DNA of 64,000 bases from Podarcis muralis (GCF_964188315.1 NC_135657.1:115568001-115632000), one strand, 5' to 3'; counted from the first letter of the stretch, positions 12,051 to 26,114 are shown. Translations and numbers: made by a program. Notes: generated from the sequence alone by a model not told the origin.

Positions 12051-12866
12051 GCAAGTTGCAACTATAATAACAATTTGTGTATATTTCAAGTCTCCAAAAA
12101 GTGTTTTAGAAGAAATAGATCATTACGTACATAACAGGAAAGTGGAAATTTACATACATGCACTGTATTATTCTGCTCAATCATAGTTTTTTCTATCTTT
12201 CTGTCTCCCTCTCTCTCCCACTCACATGCTTTTCCTATAAATTCAAATATGCATGATACTGAGGAGCTATTGAGTCTTTAAGACAGAACCCGAAGTTCCT
12301 AACATGCCCATCTCAAAGATGATGATGATTTATTCCTACTATCTGAATGTTAATAGGATAAGATTACAACTTACAAATAATGGAAAAGATAGGAGCAAGT
12401 CTCATATTGCTTGGTACATAGCAGCTTGCCTTGTTTACCATAAGATGATGTTTTTATAATCAGTGAAATTCAAAACCAAATACAGTATAGTCATTTTACA
12501 AGCAAAAAATTTCTTCCTAAAGCTACAAAACTAACAGATCAGCTTATATTTTACGCCAAAAGCCAGCGCTTTGCCAGTATTCTCTGCAAAGAAAAAAAAC
12601 ATTGGCAGCAGCTGTCTGTATGTTCCTGTACCAAAAATTATTTTCATGCAGACAGGTGGTGTAATTTAAAAGCCAATGTGGTGCTATTTTGATGTGAATA
12701 ATGTAACTGTTTACCCCAAAATGCTAAGACTACTATTTATGAAAACATAAATAAAATTATACATTACTCCTACAAATCCTAACATTCTCATTACTGTCAG
12801 TTTTAACATGATCCTACCTCGTAGCTGTGGCTTAACAGCACCGGGGTTGAACAAGCGCTCTTAAGT

Positions 12867-13183
12867 GGTAAAAGTAAAGCGCTCATCTCGCTCTATAGGC
12901 CAAGGGAGGTGGCGTTTGTCCGCAGGCAGCTTCCGGATCATGTGGCCAGCATGACTAAACCGCTTCTGGCGTACCAGAGCAGCGCACGGAAATGCCGTTT
13001 ACCTTCCCGCCGGAGCAGTACCTATTTATCTACTTGCACTTTGACGTGCTTTCGAACCGCTAGGTGGGCAGGAGCAGGGACCAAACAACGGGAGCTCACC
13101 CAGTCGCAGGGATTCGAACCGCTGACCTTCTGATCGGCAAGCCCTAGGCTCTGTGGTTTAGAACACAGCGCCACCTGCGTCCC
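12867..13183 (-). mobile_element. Sauria SINE with an internal deletion near the 3' tail
   Basis: Reverse complement of the Sauria body and head (ends gcgtccc at 13183); tail ggtaaaagtaaag joins directly to cgctcatctcg, missing about 45 nt present in other copies. Confidence 0.9.
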
Positions 13184-13561
13184 TCTACTGAGTGGAGAAA
13201 ACTACAAAAGATGCATTCTGCCTTCCAACACACACATAAGCACCTACTATTAAACATGCACAACTTTTTTTTTAATATGGGGTGCATATGACTAATGGAC
13301 AGATAAATTTAAACACAAGATTACACACATACTCCATATATCATTACTTGTAATTTAGAAAAAAACTCATCTAAGGCTCAACCCCAGTATCCAAAGGAAG
13401 TGTTTGTATGTCAAGAACAGATAGTGATGATTAAATGAATTAACCACATACACTTTGGGACAGATTCGGCAGACACCACCACTTTGACTTTCAGGCATCT
13501 CTCGAAGATTTCATGTTGACTGGCCTATCCAGTTATTTAAGATACACCTAGCATAACTGTA

Positions 13562-13787
13562 AAGTGGTACCTCGGGTTGAGTACTTAATTCGTTCCGGAG
13601 GTCCATTCTTAACTTGAAACTGTTCTTAACCTGAAGCACCACTTTAGCTAATGGGGCCTCCTTCTGCCACCGCACCGCCGGAGCACGATTTCTGTTCTCA
13701 TCCTGAAGCAAAGTTCTTAACCTGAGGTACTATTTCTGGGTTAGCGGAGTCTGTAACCTGAAGCGTATGTAACTCGAGGTACCACTG
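13562..13787. mobile_element. Tc1/mariner (Tigger-like) MITE, family A, 226 bp
   Basis: TIRs aagtggtacctcg / cgaggtaccactg, TA on both sides; about 92% identical to the reverse complement of 48206-48431 (about 19 mismatches counted by eye). Confidence 0.9.
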
Positions 13788-13802
13788 TACTGCTCTTAAT
13801 GA

Positions 13803-14035
13803 CTGTTTGTTTGTTTGATTAACTTATATCCTACTTTTCCTCTATGGAGCTCCAGGTGGCAAAAGCAGTTCTCCTCTTCCCTATTTTTTTATTTTTTTTA
13901 TCCTCACAACAACCCTGTGAGGTCGATTAGGCAAAGCGTGAGTGACAGGCCCAAGGTCACCCAGTAAGCTTGATAGCTGAGTGAGGATTTGAATCTTGAT
14001 CTCTGAGGTTCTACCCTTATACTTTAATTACTATA
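13803..14035 (-). mobile_element. Squam3 (Ther1/MIR-derived) SINE, degraded
   Basis: cctcacaacaaccctgtgagg and gacaggcccaaggtcacccagtaagct are the reverse complement of the core seen at 47810-48069. Confidence 0.75.
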
Positions 14036-14551
14036 TTTTAAAGATGTTTTTATATAGCTGTATACAGCTCTCATATTTAAGAGAGGGCAGCACAGAAATA
14101 CAGTAATAAATAAGCAAATAAATAAATAAATACAAATAAATAAATTCATTCTCAAAATGTTACAGGTAGATTCAAATGTAAGTAGTATCACTACCACATA
14201 TCACTACTGCATGGTTTAGGCTCCATGTAGATGTCATAGCTATTGAAATCATAGTCTGGTGGACTAACAGTATCACCAGTGCTCTGAGAAGTATGGCACT
14301 GAGGCAATCACGTAGCACGTGATCTGGTTGAATTGTATGGAAAGCAGATTCAGAATGCTACCAGAGCAGCATGGAACTGATCATTTTGGTGGCTGTTGCG
14401 ATGCTGAGGTAATTATTTATGAATTGGCCCTCAGGCAAAACTTCACAAAGAAAGTGCTGACTTGCTAATGCTTGTATACCTTGAGCCCTATCTTGTTTTA
14501 TGCTCAACTTTATAATGCGTAAACTATGGATTACTGAGGCATGTGCTCTCT

Positions 14552-14670
14552 ACCAAGACTTGTAGACTATGACTTCCATCGTCCCTGATCGTTGTCCACC
14601 CTGACTGTGGCCAATGGAAGCTGTGTGCTGCAACTTCCAGAAAAACAATGTTGGAGATCCATTGTATATA
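14552..14670. mobile_element. Degraded hAT-like MITE fragment
   Basis: actatgacttccatcgtccctga...ccaatggaagctgt core, related to 15197-15322. Confidence 0.45.
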
Positions 14671-15196
14671 AACTCTTGTTTTAGCAGTGCCAATGCTTCT
14701 TGTAGACTTTCCTCAGATGTTAAAAACCACTATCTGCCTTGCTTCCTAAAAACTAGCTTCATCTTTGATCCTGGATGGCAGATAACATTTGTGGAGGAGG
14801 AGGTTAGCTACAGGTTTGAATTAAACAGTAACAAAATGTCCTGAAGCAGATCAAAGACTAAAACTTTTACGACTTAAACATTCATAGACCACAGCCCTTT
14901 CATCGGATGCCGATGAACCATCCTGAATTAGTCTGGGTTACTGTATGTTGGGGAGTTGGGGTGAGGGGTTGGGGAGAATATATAAAAAGTGAAGCCATCA
15001 AAGGTAAGTTGTAATTTACAATACAGTTCTTCTTAGCTCAGACATTATTACATAGTCACTGAGAGTTTTAGAGGTTAATGTCAGCCCCTTGAATTTATTC
15101 TGGTAACATATCGGCAGCCAGTGTAGATTCCATGGAACAGATGTAATAAGATGTCACACAGAGGGGTCAGTCAAAATTCTTATGGGATTTGACATC

Positions 15197-15322
15197 CATG
15201 GTAGGAAATGTGGTACCTACAGGGCTACAATTTCCATCATCCCTGAACATTGACCATGCTGGCTGGGGCACAAAAGGAATTGTAGTCCAAAATAGCTAGA
15301 ACCTGTGGGTCACGACACCTGT
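15197..15322. mobile_element. hAT-like MITE
   Basis: ctacaatttccatcatccctgaacattgaccatgctggctggggc...ggaattgtagtcc palindromic core typical of squamate short DNA transposons; degraded TIRs. Confidence 0.55.
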
Positions 15323-17028
15323 GCAAGTGGGCTTTACAAGTAAACCCCAAACAAGTATTGCTTGTAATCCTTAAATGCTATGGTGAATACAACTTTTTTG
15401 GCATATTATAATGCCGAATTGACACTTGTCTTACATTTTAACACCTGGGAACTGATCTCTGATTGCTTGCAGCAGTTCCAGCGATGGTTACCCACAAGGT
15501 GCTCGTAGAAGGAGTTGCTATTGCGACTCACTAACTAAAATGCACAAAACTGATGACTGCTGAAGGCCCAAGGCCTAAAAGTCATGTGACAATAAACCAA
15601 TGGGTCATCCTACCAAATAAAATTGAACTAGCTGGTCACCATACCAAACAGTTTTGGAAACAATAAGCTAGAGGGCAGCACATTAGCCACCCCTGTTTGA
15701 CAACTGCCTGGTTTACATGTCAAGAGAAGCCACTGTATGCCTTAAACCACAGCTTAATCATGAATGCTGGGTTGGGAAAGAAGTCGCAAAGGGACCTCTA
15801 CAGCAGGTGAAGGAACATTCACAGTTAAACCATGACTTATGACAAACAGTGGCTGAATGTGATGTGCGAACCAGTTCAAAGTGGATAGTAAAAGTATCCA
15901 CAAAATGCTGAGTATTTTTTTTTCTATAGTTGCATACTTTTAGCTTTTCATGCAACACCTTCTTAAAAGTGTCAATTTTGTACTCATGAGGTAACTATTT
16001 GCACAGTGTGTGACATATATCAAGAAATCAAAACTCAAAAAGGAAAGAGAAAAGAAAAGATTTTTTCTGTTTCAGGAACAGCAATTGTCAGAAGATAATG
16101 CAGGAACGCAATTAATAATGAATAATTATTAAGTCAATAAATTCCACCTCATTGAATTTTGTCAAAAACAATTCTTAATAAACTTCATACAAACCAAACT
16201 GACTCTGCAAATAGTCTGGCTAGTCAAGTAACATGGGCATTGGCACCTCAGAATTCATTGGAATTCAAATAAAAACAAATGGAGGAAGATACAATCTATG
16301 ATATTTAATAGACATTTAAAGTTTTTCTCACCCTACCCCAAGCAGTCCTTCTACTGAGAAAAGCACAGGTAAGATACAAGCACTTTTTAAATAGAGTCAT
16401 CACATCATCATCAACAGTGGGAAGATTTCAGTGTTTGTTATAAACAGTTGTTTTCTAGGGCTTGTTAATTGAGAAATTCAGTTCAGTGGTACCTCCTTTT
16501 CTCTAAACTAAAAGTGCCAAATTTAAAGAACTTCTTGTTGATGTTAATGTTTTCAGCAACATACTCCTCACTGCATTCCTCCACCGTGTTCCCTTTCGTC
16601 TGAGGAAGAGAATATTTGGATCCAACCAAATATCACTGACACACTTGCTATGAGAGCCACTAGGATCAAGACGACAAAATGTTTTTATAATTTAACTGCC
16701 TGCATATTGCAGCTGGGTGCATCATGCTTTTGAAACAGGCTGAACAATGCTTGAAAAGTATTCCAGTATTCCAGTGTACATAAAGAGTTAAGCTGCTATG
16801 TGAGTTTTTGTGTATAATCTGTCTTTTCAGTAAGCTCTCATGTAAACTCTTTAGAATGTTATTTTAAATGTTTAAATCTACATAGGATTGCTGGATGAAA
16901 TTTCCTTAGAGAAATTCTTGGTCCGCTCAGTTTCTTTTCAATAGTGCCAATTTCCTTTCAGAAAAGTGTTTGAAGTCTTAAAACCTATCTCTTGATACTA
17001 TAAAAAAAAGTTTCTTGTAATCTAGTAA

Positions 17029-17387
17029 TGGTAAAGGGACCCCTGACATTTAAGTCCAATCACAAACGACTCTGGGGTTGCGGCGCTCATCTCGCTTTAC
17101 AGGCCAAGGGAGCTGGCGTTTGTCCGCTTCCACAGACAGTTTTTCCGGGTCATGTGGCCACCATGACTAAGCTGCTTCTGGCGAAGCCAGAGCAGCGCAC
17201 GGAAACATCGTTTACCTTCCTGCCAGAGCAGTACCTATTTATCTACTTGCACTGTGTGCTTTTGAACTGCTAGGTTGGCAGGAGCTGGGACTGAACAACG
17301 GGAGCTCACCCCATCATGGGGCCTCGAACCGCCAACCTTCTGATCAGCAAGCCCAAGCGGCACAGTGGTTTAAACCACAGCACCACC
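17029..17387 (-). mobile_element. Sauria SINE, full length
   Basis: Perfect 15-bp TSD cttgtaatctagtaa (17014-17028 / 17388-17402). Confidence 0.95.
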
Positions 17388-17589
17388 CTTGTAATCTAGT
17401 AACACACTTTTATTCAACTGTATTAGTTAACACTTTCAGAATTATTCCTTTTCTGTCGTGGTTGACGGATTATATAAGTGTGCTATAAAATATCTAATAA
17501 AATTCATTTGTACAAACCCCACAATTAGATATGGGATTCTGGCGTTTCAGATTACGATGAATCTGCAGGATGTAGCATTGCTACAAGAA

Positions 17590-17790
17590 GATGCTTTGAT
17601 TCAACTCTAGGCTAGACTACTGTGATGCACTAAACATGGAGCTGCCTTTGAAGACTGTCTGGATAATTCCATTAGTGTAAAATGCAGCTGCCAGTTAATT
17701 GTGGAGGGGAGGAGCATGAAGCATATTTCACCCATGTTAAGGCAGCTGCATTAATCCCTAATTCATTTTAAGGCACAAATGGTTACAGGC
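17590..17790 (+). mobile_element. Old L2 ORF2 C-terminal fragment
   Basis: Translates (with stops) to SRLDYCDAL..ELPLKTV...NAAA...HISPMLRQLH, matching the L2 motif LDYCN..GLP..LQ..QNAAAR..HITP.L..LHWL. Confidence 0.7.
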
Positions 17791-20700
17791 CTCCATGTGC
17801 TCAGAACTCCTCGGAGGGCATAGTGCTCCAAATCCATTATTTCCTGAGATCAGACTGGGAGAGGCAAGGAGGAAGGAAGGGCTTCTCACTAGCAATTCTC
17901 CCTTCTCAGAGAATCATGTAAAAGTATAATGGCTGCTGTTTTAAGCCAAACATTATCAGGTTGGTTAATTTATTTTCACACAGCTGTGTTTGTGTGTTTA
18001 AATGAGGGGGGGGGCGGGGAATGGATGTATTTTTCACTGAACTTTATTATTGGTGGGATTTGGTGTGGCAGCATTTGATTTAAAGATGTAACTTGGCTAG
18101 TCATATATACAGGGCATACAAGGGGGAAATAAATAAACTGATAGAAATAGTTAAAACAGAGAGTAATCTGCTATCAGTTTGTATTGTAATCTATGGCACT
18201 GTTATTTCAATCATTTGCTTGCTTTGTAGGCTGCTTTGGAAAATGTGCTTAATTTAAAGGCAGTATAGAAACATTTAAAATAAATAAATGCTATCTTCAA
18301 AGCATTATGAAGAGGAGAAACAAGTCATTTTTCCTATAGCCTTTTGCAAGATATTTAATGAGGAGTACTGATCATTTTTTAAAAAATTAAGAGCAAAAAC
18401 TACTGACATTGGTGGAGCTGTTCATTTGTAAAATTGTCAAGAAAAGGGGGTAATTGATGAGATCAACGACACGAAAGTAAGAACCAAAGTAAAGGATAAA
18501 TAATTAATTTTGCTGCCATTAATCTGTCCTGATACATATAACATTTGACACAACAATCTAGTGTTCCCAGTACACTAGATTTCAGCCTGTAAAAACAACA
18601 ACAACCTCCTATACATTTTTCCTACATAAGATGCACATGATCACGGATGGCATTATATTATTTCATTGCTTCTACAGGCCTAAAGCTAGATCTTCCTGCA
18701 TTACAATATGATACAGCATGCCAAATCCAGCCCTGACATTATGATACTTAAGAGGAACTCACCAAAATCCCCACTTGCTATTGCATTCAATTCTGACTGT
18801 TGAAGAGTGCTTGGATTTACAGGAATTTACTAGGCCCCCTTTCTACTTTATAATCCACCATCTTCTCTCACTTTTCTCCAAGGTGCTGAAAAAGAGGAGC
18901 CAAAGAGAAGATTGCCTTATTTTACCTCCTGAAAATCCAAGCACTGCTGACCAAGGGACATCTTGAACTTTGTCAGTTGAATCTCTTATTGTAAGCTATC
19001 GACAACATTGCTTGGACAGGAAAAGGAATCTTTCATACTTATTTACTTACTTACTTGTTTATTTATTTATTTATTTATTTAAATTACATGGGGATTTACT
19101 TAGACTTTCCCCCTCTTTCAATTGCAGAACGCTCTGTGCAGAAGGGGTTGAGATCCCACAGAGGTTCTTGCTGGACAGAGAGGGAGACATTTTTTTCACC
19201 AATTCCCCATTGCTTCTCCAGCCTCTGGCTCCATACTTCTATCTATACCTCCCATGGTCATCCAGAGGGTGCCCCAAACTTCAGGAGGAGTAGGGGGTTG
19301 GGGAATTGATTAAACAACCACACACAAAAATCACCTTCCCCCTCTTCTTCCAGCAGGTGTATCCCAAAAGTAAAAGGCCACTCACAGGAGGTAAGGATCC
19401 AATTTATGAGGGTTTACTTGGAGAGTCAGATTGGTTTTCTATATAGAGCAATATCCTCCCACAAATGGCATCACCTGAAGGAGACCTTCATGCAACAGGC
19501 CCCACAGCCACCAACCTCCTGGCATGCTTAACATTTATGGCATGACTAAGGGCTGCTAAACAGGGGGAAACAGGACCCTCCACTTCTACCTATAATCACT
19601 TGTGAAAATTACAGTGACATTGGTATTATCGTCACAACGGCAAATGAGACACTCAGCTGTTTAGAACATTTAACTAATAAAGAAAATGAAGTTGAAAGTT
19701 TGTGAACACATCAGTGCATGCTTTTCGGATTGGCATCCACCTACTAAAACCACACTGCTGAAAATAGCATAAGGAATTGGCGGACATTATCACAACAGTA
19801 TTATACAAATATGGAACAATAAACCCTTATCTCTTGCAGGTTTACCTCAAAGTGAACACTTTGTGAGTTGTTGTTGTTGTTTTAAAAAAATCTCACCCTC
19901 AGTCACTGTGGACCAAAGTCACCAGTTTATTTTAAAACAGTATATTGTTTCTTAATTTATTTTCTTCATTTCAGTCATTAATAATTAGTATGACAGACTC
20001 AGCAATTACTGCCTGTGTCATTTAATTCCATGCCACTGATGGGTATTAATATTATAATTATAAGTAAGTTTTTTATAGTTGAAAGTAGTCCGTTGAGATA
20101 ATAATCCAATCTGAAGCATTACTAGCCAGAATACTGAGCTTTTGAGATGAATGTAATAATTCCTTGCACTTCCATACTGTTTTCATTTGCAAATAACTAT
20201 GCAATGTAAATAAAGCTGAGTACTGTATTATTTTCTTTTCACTCATAAAAGGACATTAGGGGTACATCCTACAAAGAATCTCACACAGAAACTTCTTCTT
20301 TTAATTTTGCGCCTCTCATCCTAATTTTCTAAACAATCTTTGAGAATAGAAAATAAGTAGAGATGTGTGCCAGTGGGGTATGTTTTTAACCATTCCACCC
20401 GGAGACTGTTGTTAACATACTGACATTTGTATCCTTCATTATAAAAAAGAAAGGCCTAACTCAAGCTCATAGTCCTCCTGAACATGAGAAACTAGGTCTG
20501 CAAGAATATATACTTTTTACAAAAAAAACAGTTCATAACTCAATGCTTTTAACCTCATGCTCTAAAACAAAGGGTGCATTTCTAATAACTCTTACTCTGA
20601 ATTAAGCCCTGGGGCACTCAGTGGATTTACTTTTGAGGAAATATACAAATGATTTGACTGTAACCTAACAAAACTAGCTTTTAGTCACTCCAGTTGACTA

Positions 20701-20904
20701 AAAGACCCCAGCTAGCAAGCTACCAAGGGTAGACTTGTCACCCTTCTCGCCAGAGAGGAATTATTTCCTGAAAATTGAGCATGAAAGTAAGTAACAAAAA
20801 TATATTAAACTTGCCACTGATGCAGTAGGTGATAGCCTACAAAAGCTTATCTGATAATGAGCAACCCTAGTTTGCCGTATGCACAGAGGTTATTCCAACT
20901 GCAT

Positions 20905-21010
20905 CCATTTTTTATTTCTAATTTATCACCCCACCCTTCCTCCCCAAGGGATCCCAGGGCAGCTCACAACAATAAAATTACATAGAAACAATTTAAATTT
21001 AAAAGAGCAC
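20905..21010 (-). mobile_element. L2-type 3' tail fragment
   Basis: tttatcaccccacccttcctccccaagggatcccagggcagctcacaac, the reverse complement of the L2/SINE 3' terminus. Confidence 0.55.
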
Positions 21011-23632
21011 TATAATATATTACACACTGCAGTTAAAACATATGATTAAGTTAATTATATTAGCTACCAACCTCTACCCCCATCCTTTGAAATTGGCTTT
21101 TACTGTCAGAAGGCTGCACACCATCCGACTCTGACAGTTGAACTTCCTTCCCTCAACTGCAAATGTGTGCCGAGGCCAGAATTTTGAAAATGAAGGGCTG
21201 ATTCACATAACCATGCAAATCCAAAGTGGTCTGAATGAATCTGTGGACTTGCTAGCTTCAGCGAAAACCCAACTCATAACTCAACCAACATTACAAGTGT
21301 CAATGCAAGCCTTTCAAAAGTGGGTTGACAGTGGTGCAATAAATATGTAAAAGAAAAGAATGATGATTGGTGTATTCATCATAAAGGATTATATAAGACT
21401 ACTCTCATACAATAGTGTACCCTTCTAGTCTAGCCTCTAAAGTGTAAATTTCAGTGGGAGATCATTATTTTTTGTCAGTTTGTACTCTCACTAACCATAC
21501 CAGCATACATGGTGTGTGTGTGTGTTTATGCGCTGAATTTACAGGGAAGTAGCTTGAGAAAGGAAAGGCCAGTAAGTAGACCATCTCCTTTCATTCTTCC
21601 TGTATTAAATGTAGAGCCTGCAATTAAATTGGATCAGTCATAGAAGTTACAGCTCAGTCTTAATCATTTGTCAAAGTGATGTTTAACCCTCCACAGATGA
21701 CGACCCTTTTCTTCAAGCATAGCACCTTGCTATGCCAAGGTCTTTATTTAAGGTCTATTTTCTATTCCAGTAACTATATCGGCAGCAGTGGCGTGTATGG
21801 TCGTCTCACACACAAGGGAAGGGATATCCTAGCAAAGCTTGTGGGCTCCAGCTTTATAACACCCAGGAGAGGAAATATCCTTTTACCTGTCAATTAGCTT
21901 TGACAAATCCACGTCTTTATGGACTGAGCTACATCTGTTATGACCTTTGAGGAGCTCAGTTCCTTTCTGTTCCTAGATTGTGTCCAGTGGGCGTGAAGGT
22001 TACTGGACCCAGTATCCCAAAAGCTCTGCAACAGTAACCTAGACTCTGGTAGCTCACATTATTCGTGCTGCTAGATATCCCTGGGTCCCATTGGACTGCA
22101 TCAGTTCTGGATTGGGAAATGGGAGACCCAGCTTCAGATTCCCAATTTAGCCATTTATTTAGTAGCATATATGGTAGCTTGGGGAAAATTGCTATTTTTC
22201 AGTCTTATTAGGTTGCCAAAAGAACAAATTAGTAACACTAAATGGTTGTCTTGAAAGGATAAATATTATAGATGACTTTTTAAATGAAGTCAGTTATTAC
22301 ATTTTAATTGCAAACTGACTAAACAAAGGCTCAAAATCTGTATCATACAAACTTGTGGAATTATCTGACAGCAACTCTTTGGTTTTGTTTATGTTGACTT
22401 TGGTTTATCTGTCCATTTGATGCTAATCAGCGACTGCTGCTATTGAGATTATTATTTAGATCTAAAGGGAAATGAAAGTTCCACCAGTCTGAGAAGAATT
22501 TTAAAAGTGGCAGGAATAGGAGATTACACTGCTGTCTCTTTTTCACACCTGTAAGCATCATCTGTGTTGTGCTGTACATAATAATAAGGCTACAGTCAAC
22601 CAGCTATAAATTGTGGTACATTTCTGAATGTTTTACCAAGCTTCCACTGTCTGCTGTGGTAGAATGAACTAATTCAAAAAGTGAAAAAGTAATAATGTAT
22701 TTTACAAAAGGCCAGTTCACACTGTACTCCAGCAAATACTGTAGGTACACATGTGGAGATGTAGAGGCACAAACCTTGACTTATAACCTCAAGAGCAAGT
22801 CACACCATGCAAATACAAATACCCACCCACTTTTTAATGCAGTGGGGAGATTACATAGCTGTGGCCTATTTACATACAGCTTTGTATATGCAGTATATGC
22901 AGCTGCAGGACTGTGGTAAATGTACAGTAAGGAGGACACAAGTCAATTCTGAATTGTCCACTTCAGACATACGTCTGCACATATGATAGACAGTATAGGC
23001 ATTCTGAAATCTTGTTTTTCAGAACAACATAGTTGACTTCAACACTATGGTTGTTCCACCAGATGAAGAAGATACACTCTACAGTTTTTGGTCAGTCCAT
23101 GTAAAGTGGCCTGGTTTGCAAAAATGCAGCTTATTCAAATAATTCTTCCCCAAAGCAGATGGGGTGGCATCACTGTGGTCATAGGTGAGAGTGTTAGGAT
23201 TATAAACAGATTCAGATGAAGCTACTCACACTTTAGTACCAGTCAATGGGACTTAATTCTGTAACAACTAACTTGGCCCATGGATTTCAACGGAACTAAA
23301 GCAACTTGCCTGCAACCTAATTCCAAAACCCATTTGACTAGCTGATCGCCAAGCAAGGTTTTTGACATTTCCACTCAGTAGAACCCACAACAATAGCTGC
23401 GTGGAAAGCTCTTCTGGATGTGGTAAAGGAGGCTGGGTTGGGGATGAGGGTGCTGGTCAAAAGGGGGGCAGACAAAAAAGGCTTACTAAATATACAAAAA
23501 CCTTGACCATGTAGAAGCTCTCTGGTGACAAAATGGAGGCACACATATAGGCTGTGCTGGGGGATGGGAGAATGTCAAATGGACTGGGGGAAACAGATAC
23601 ACTTCCACTAACCATCAGACCTCTCCACTCAG

Positions 23633-23745
23633 AATAATAATAATAATAAATAACAACAATAATAAAATTTTATTTATATCCCACTTTCCCTGGCCAGGGC
23701 TGGGCTCAGGGTGGCTAACACCGAATATAAATTACAATAAAACGA
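23633..23745 (-). mobile_element. L2-type 3' tail fragment
   Basis: (AAT)n tract followed by tttatttatatcccactttccctggccagggctgggctcagggtggctaac. Confidence 0.6.
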
Positions 23746-24896
23746 AATGCGTTGCTTCACAAAAGTGCTACCTGATGCTTCAAAGTAATTTTGATGAAGT
23801 CTTGATTCCTAGTATACTATTTATTAATATTTTTATAGAAAACATTCCAAACTTGTAGAATGATACTCATAAGACTGACTGTGCATGACTGAACACTACA
23901 ATGACAATGGCTTTGGTCATGGAGCACGTTTGCTTAAGGAGAAGATCCTTCCAATAGAATCCTTAAGAAGAAAACACTACGGGTACAAGGCAGACATTCA
24001 CTCTCCCTGTGCCCTAGGTAATTATTATCAAAACTCCAGAAGTCCTTTTCAAATGCTCCTTTCCACATATTCAGACAGTGAATGAAGGGCAGGGAAGTAA
24101 AAGGCAATGATCCTGCCTCCCAATCCAGTGCTGGTGCTGACATGGGCCCCCACCCTGACCTCGGCTAGTTGAATGCAATGCAGGAACTGTACACATGGCT
24201 GAGAACCATGCTCATGTCAGGATTCCCAGCCCTGAGGACAGGCCCTGTGTGTGAACTGATACGTATGCAGGGGGCATTCTTTCCTTCTGTCCAACTTATA
24301 GTGATTTGGCACAAGTTGGCAGATGCATGGAACTGGAAGCAGGTCTAGCCAGCATTATCATGCTCCCCTTGACACACTAACTGAACACATGGAAGGGGAG
24401 CATAAGAAGAAGGTGATGGTTGCCACTACAATTATTAGAACCAGATAATTGATGTTCTATTTGTGTTTATATATCCAGGGAGAAAGCAAATGCCATCAAG
24501 TGCCATTCCGTTAAAACTAACGGTATTTGGCTGCATAGATGAGCCTAGAAAGAACTACAGATAGGCCAAATCGTATGTCTCTATTAAACCAGAAGCTGTT
24601 ACGAAAAGTAATAGAAACCATCATAGAAAGAAACAGAACTGGCCTCAAATTTTGTTAATGGCTGCATATGATCACTTTGTTTTCAAACAGGTCAACAACA
24701 AAAATAACTATTTAAACATCCTCTTTCTAGCAAACTAGAAAAAATCAAAGAATCTCAAGATCACAAAGTTCACAGCAATTTTGAACATGTGTTCCCATGA
24801 CAGGTAGTAAGTCTCTCTCTCTTTTTTCTTCATCTTTTTCCTTCTACCACAGTTACGAAATTATCCACTCACGTTTCACTTCACATATGTGATCTA

Positions 24897-25109
<213 letters not shown>

Positions 25110-25875
25110 CTAAAGTCTGATTTGGGGGTAGATATTTTACTATTAATCATACATATTAAAATATTAACATGAGCTCTAAAAATTATGTTATACTGTATTT
25201 CATGGGTGGAAATAATTATGTCAATTCAGTTCTGGTTAAAACATAGAAGAGCATCAGCCACTTGTCTCTTTAACTAGAAAATGAAGTTAAGCTTATGTTT
25301 TCCTCCCTAGAAGGATACAAATATGAAAAACAATGAATAAAATTACACTCCAACAGAACTATTTAAGCCACCTTGAGTTCCAGGGAGAAAAAGGTGAGAT
25401 ATAAATGCAGTGAATAAATAAAACAAAAAAGAAAGAAAACTTGATTTGTGAGCAAACCAAGAACTGAATTCATAGTGTGCACCCCCAGCCAAAACAAGAG
25501 CAGCCTAATGTCAATATTACCATGTAAACTATATTCCAATCAGTCCAAATTCATTCAGATATTCTAGATGCCTCCAAAACCATTTGACTATTCAACCCTT
25601 GGCCTTGAGGGCATGCATGTTCTTGACCTTTGCAAGTACAATTCCTTTTCATCAGTTCCACATAAAAACCCAAAAAAGACCTTCCTGCGTCAGACCAAGG
25701 GCCCATCTAGTCCAACAACCTTTTCTCACAGTAGCCAACCAAATGCTTATGCGAAGCCTTGCAAGCAGGGCAGGAGGGCATCAATCAGCACTATCCCTAT
25801 GTTTTCATTCTTCCATGCCAATGATACCCTCCGCTGAAAATGAATACGCCTTACATGAAGTATTCTGAGGGACAG

Positions 25876-26018
25876 TAGGATCACATGAAGCTGCTTTATA
25901 CCAAATCAAACTACTCTCTGGCAGCAGCTTGGCGGGATTTCAGACAAGGCTCTTTTCCAGGACCGATCCCGGAATTTATTACATGCAAAGCATGCTCTCC
26001 ATGGCTCAGCTGTGACCC
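25876..26018 (-). mobile_element. Squam2-like tRNA-derived SINE, degraded
   Basis: taggatcacatgaagctgctttatacc...ggcagcagct...catgcaaagcatgctctccatggctcagctgtgaccc is the reverse complement of the element type at 42100-42322. Confidence 0.55.
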
Positions 26019-26114
26019 CTACCAGAAAATTATGCACCACACATAAGATGTGTGGTTTTTATGCACAGTCATCTATTTCTTTCCAGATCAGTATTGGTCA
26101 ATATATAGAATATG

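Noticed and set aside
15664-15680. CTCF-like ctagagggcagc (also a weaker match at 28617-28630)
   Set aside because: Lacks the informative 5' CC of the core motif; cannot be supported without ChIP or PWM scoring.
24360-24403. 11-bp perfect stem (atgctcccctt / aaggggagcat) with a 22-nt loop near exon 8
   Set aside because: Too short for a pre-miRNA, plausible by chance or as a decayed MITE remnant, with no other support.
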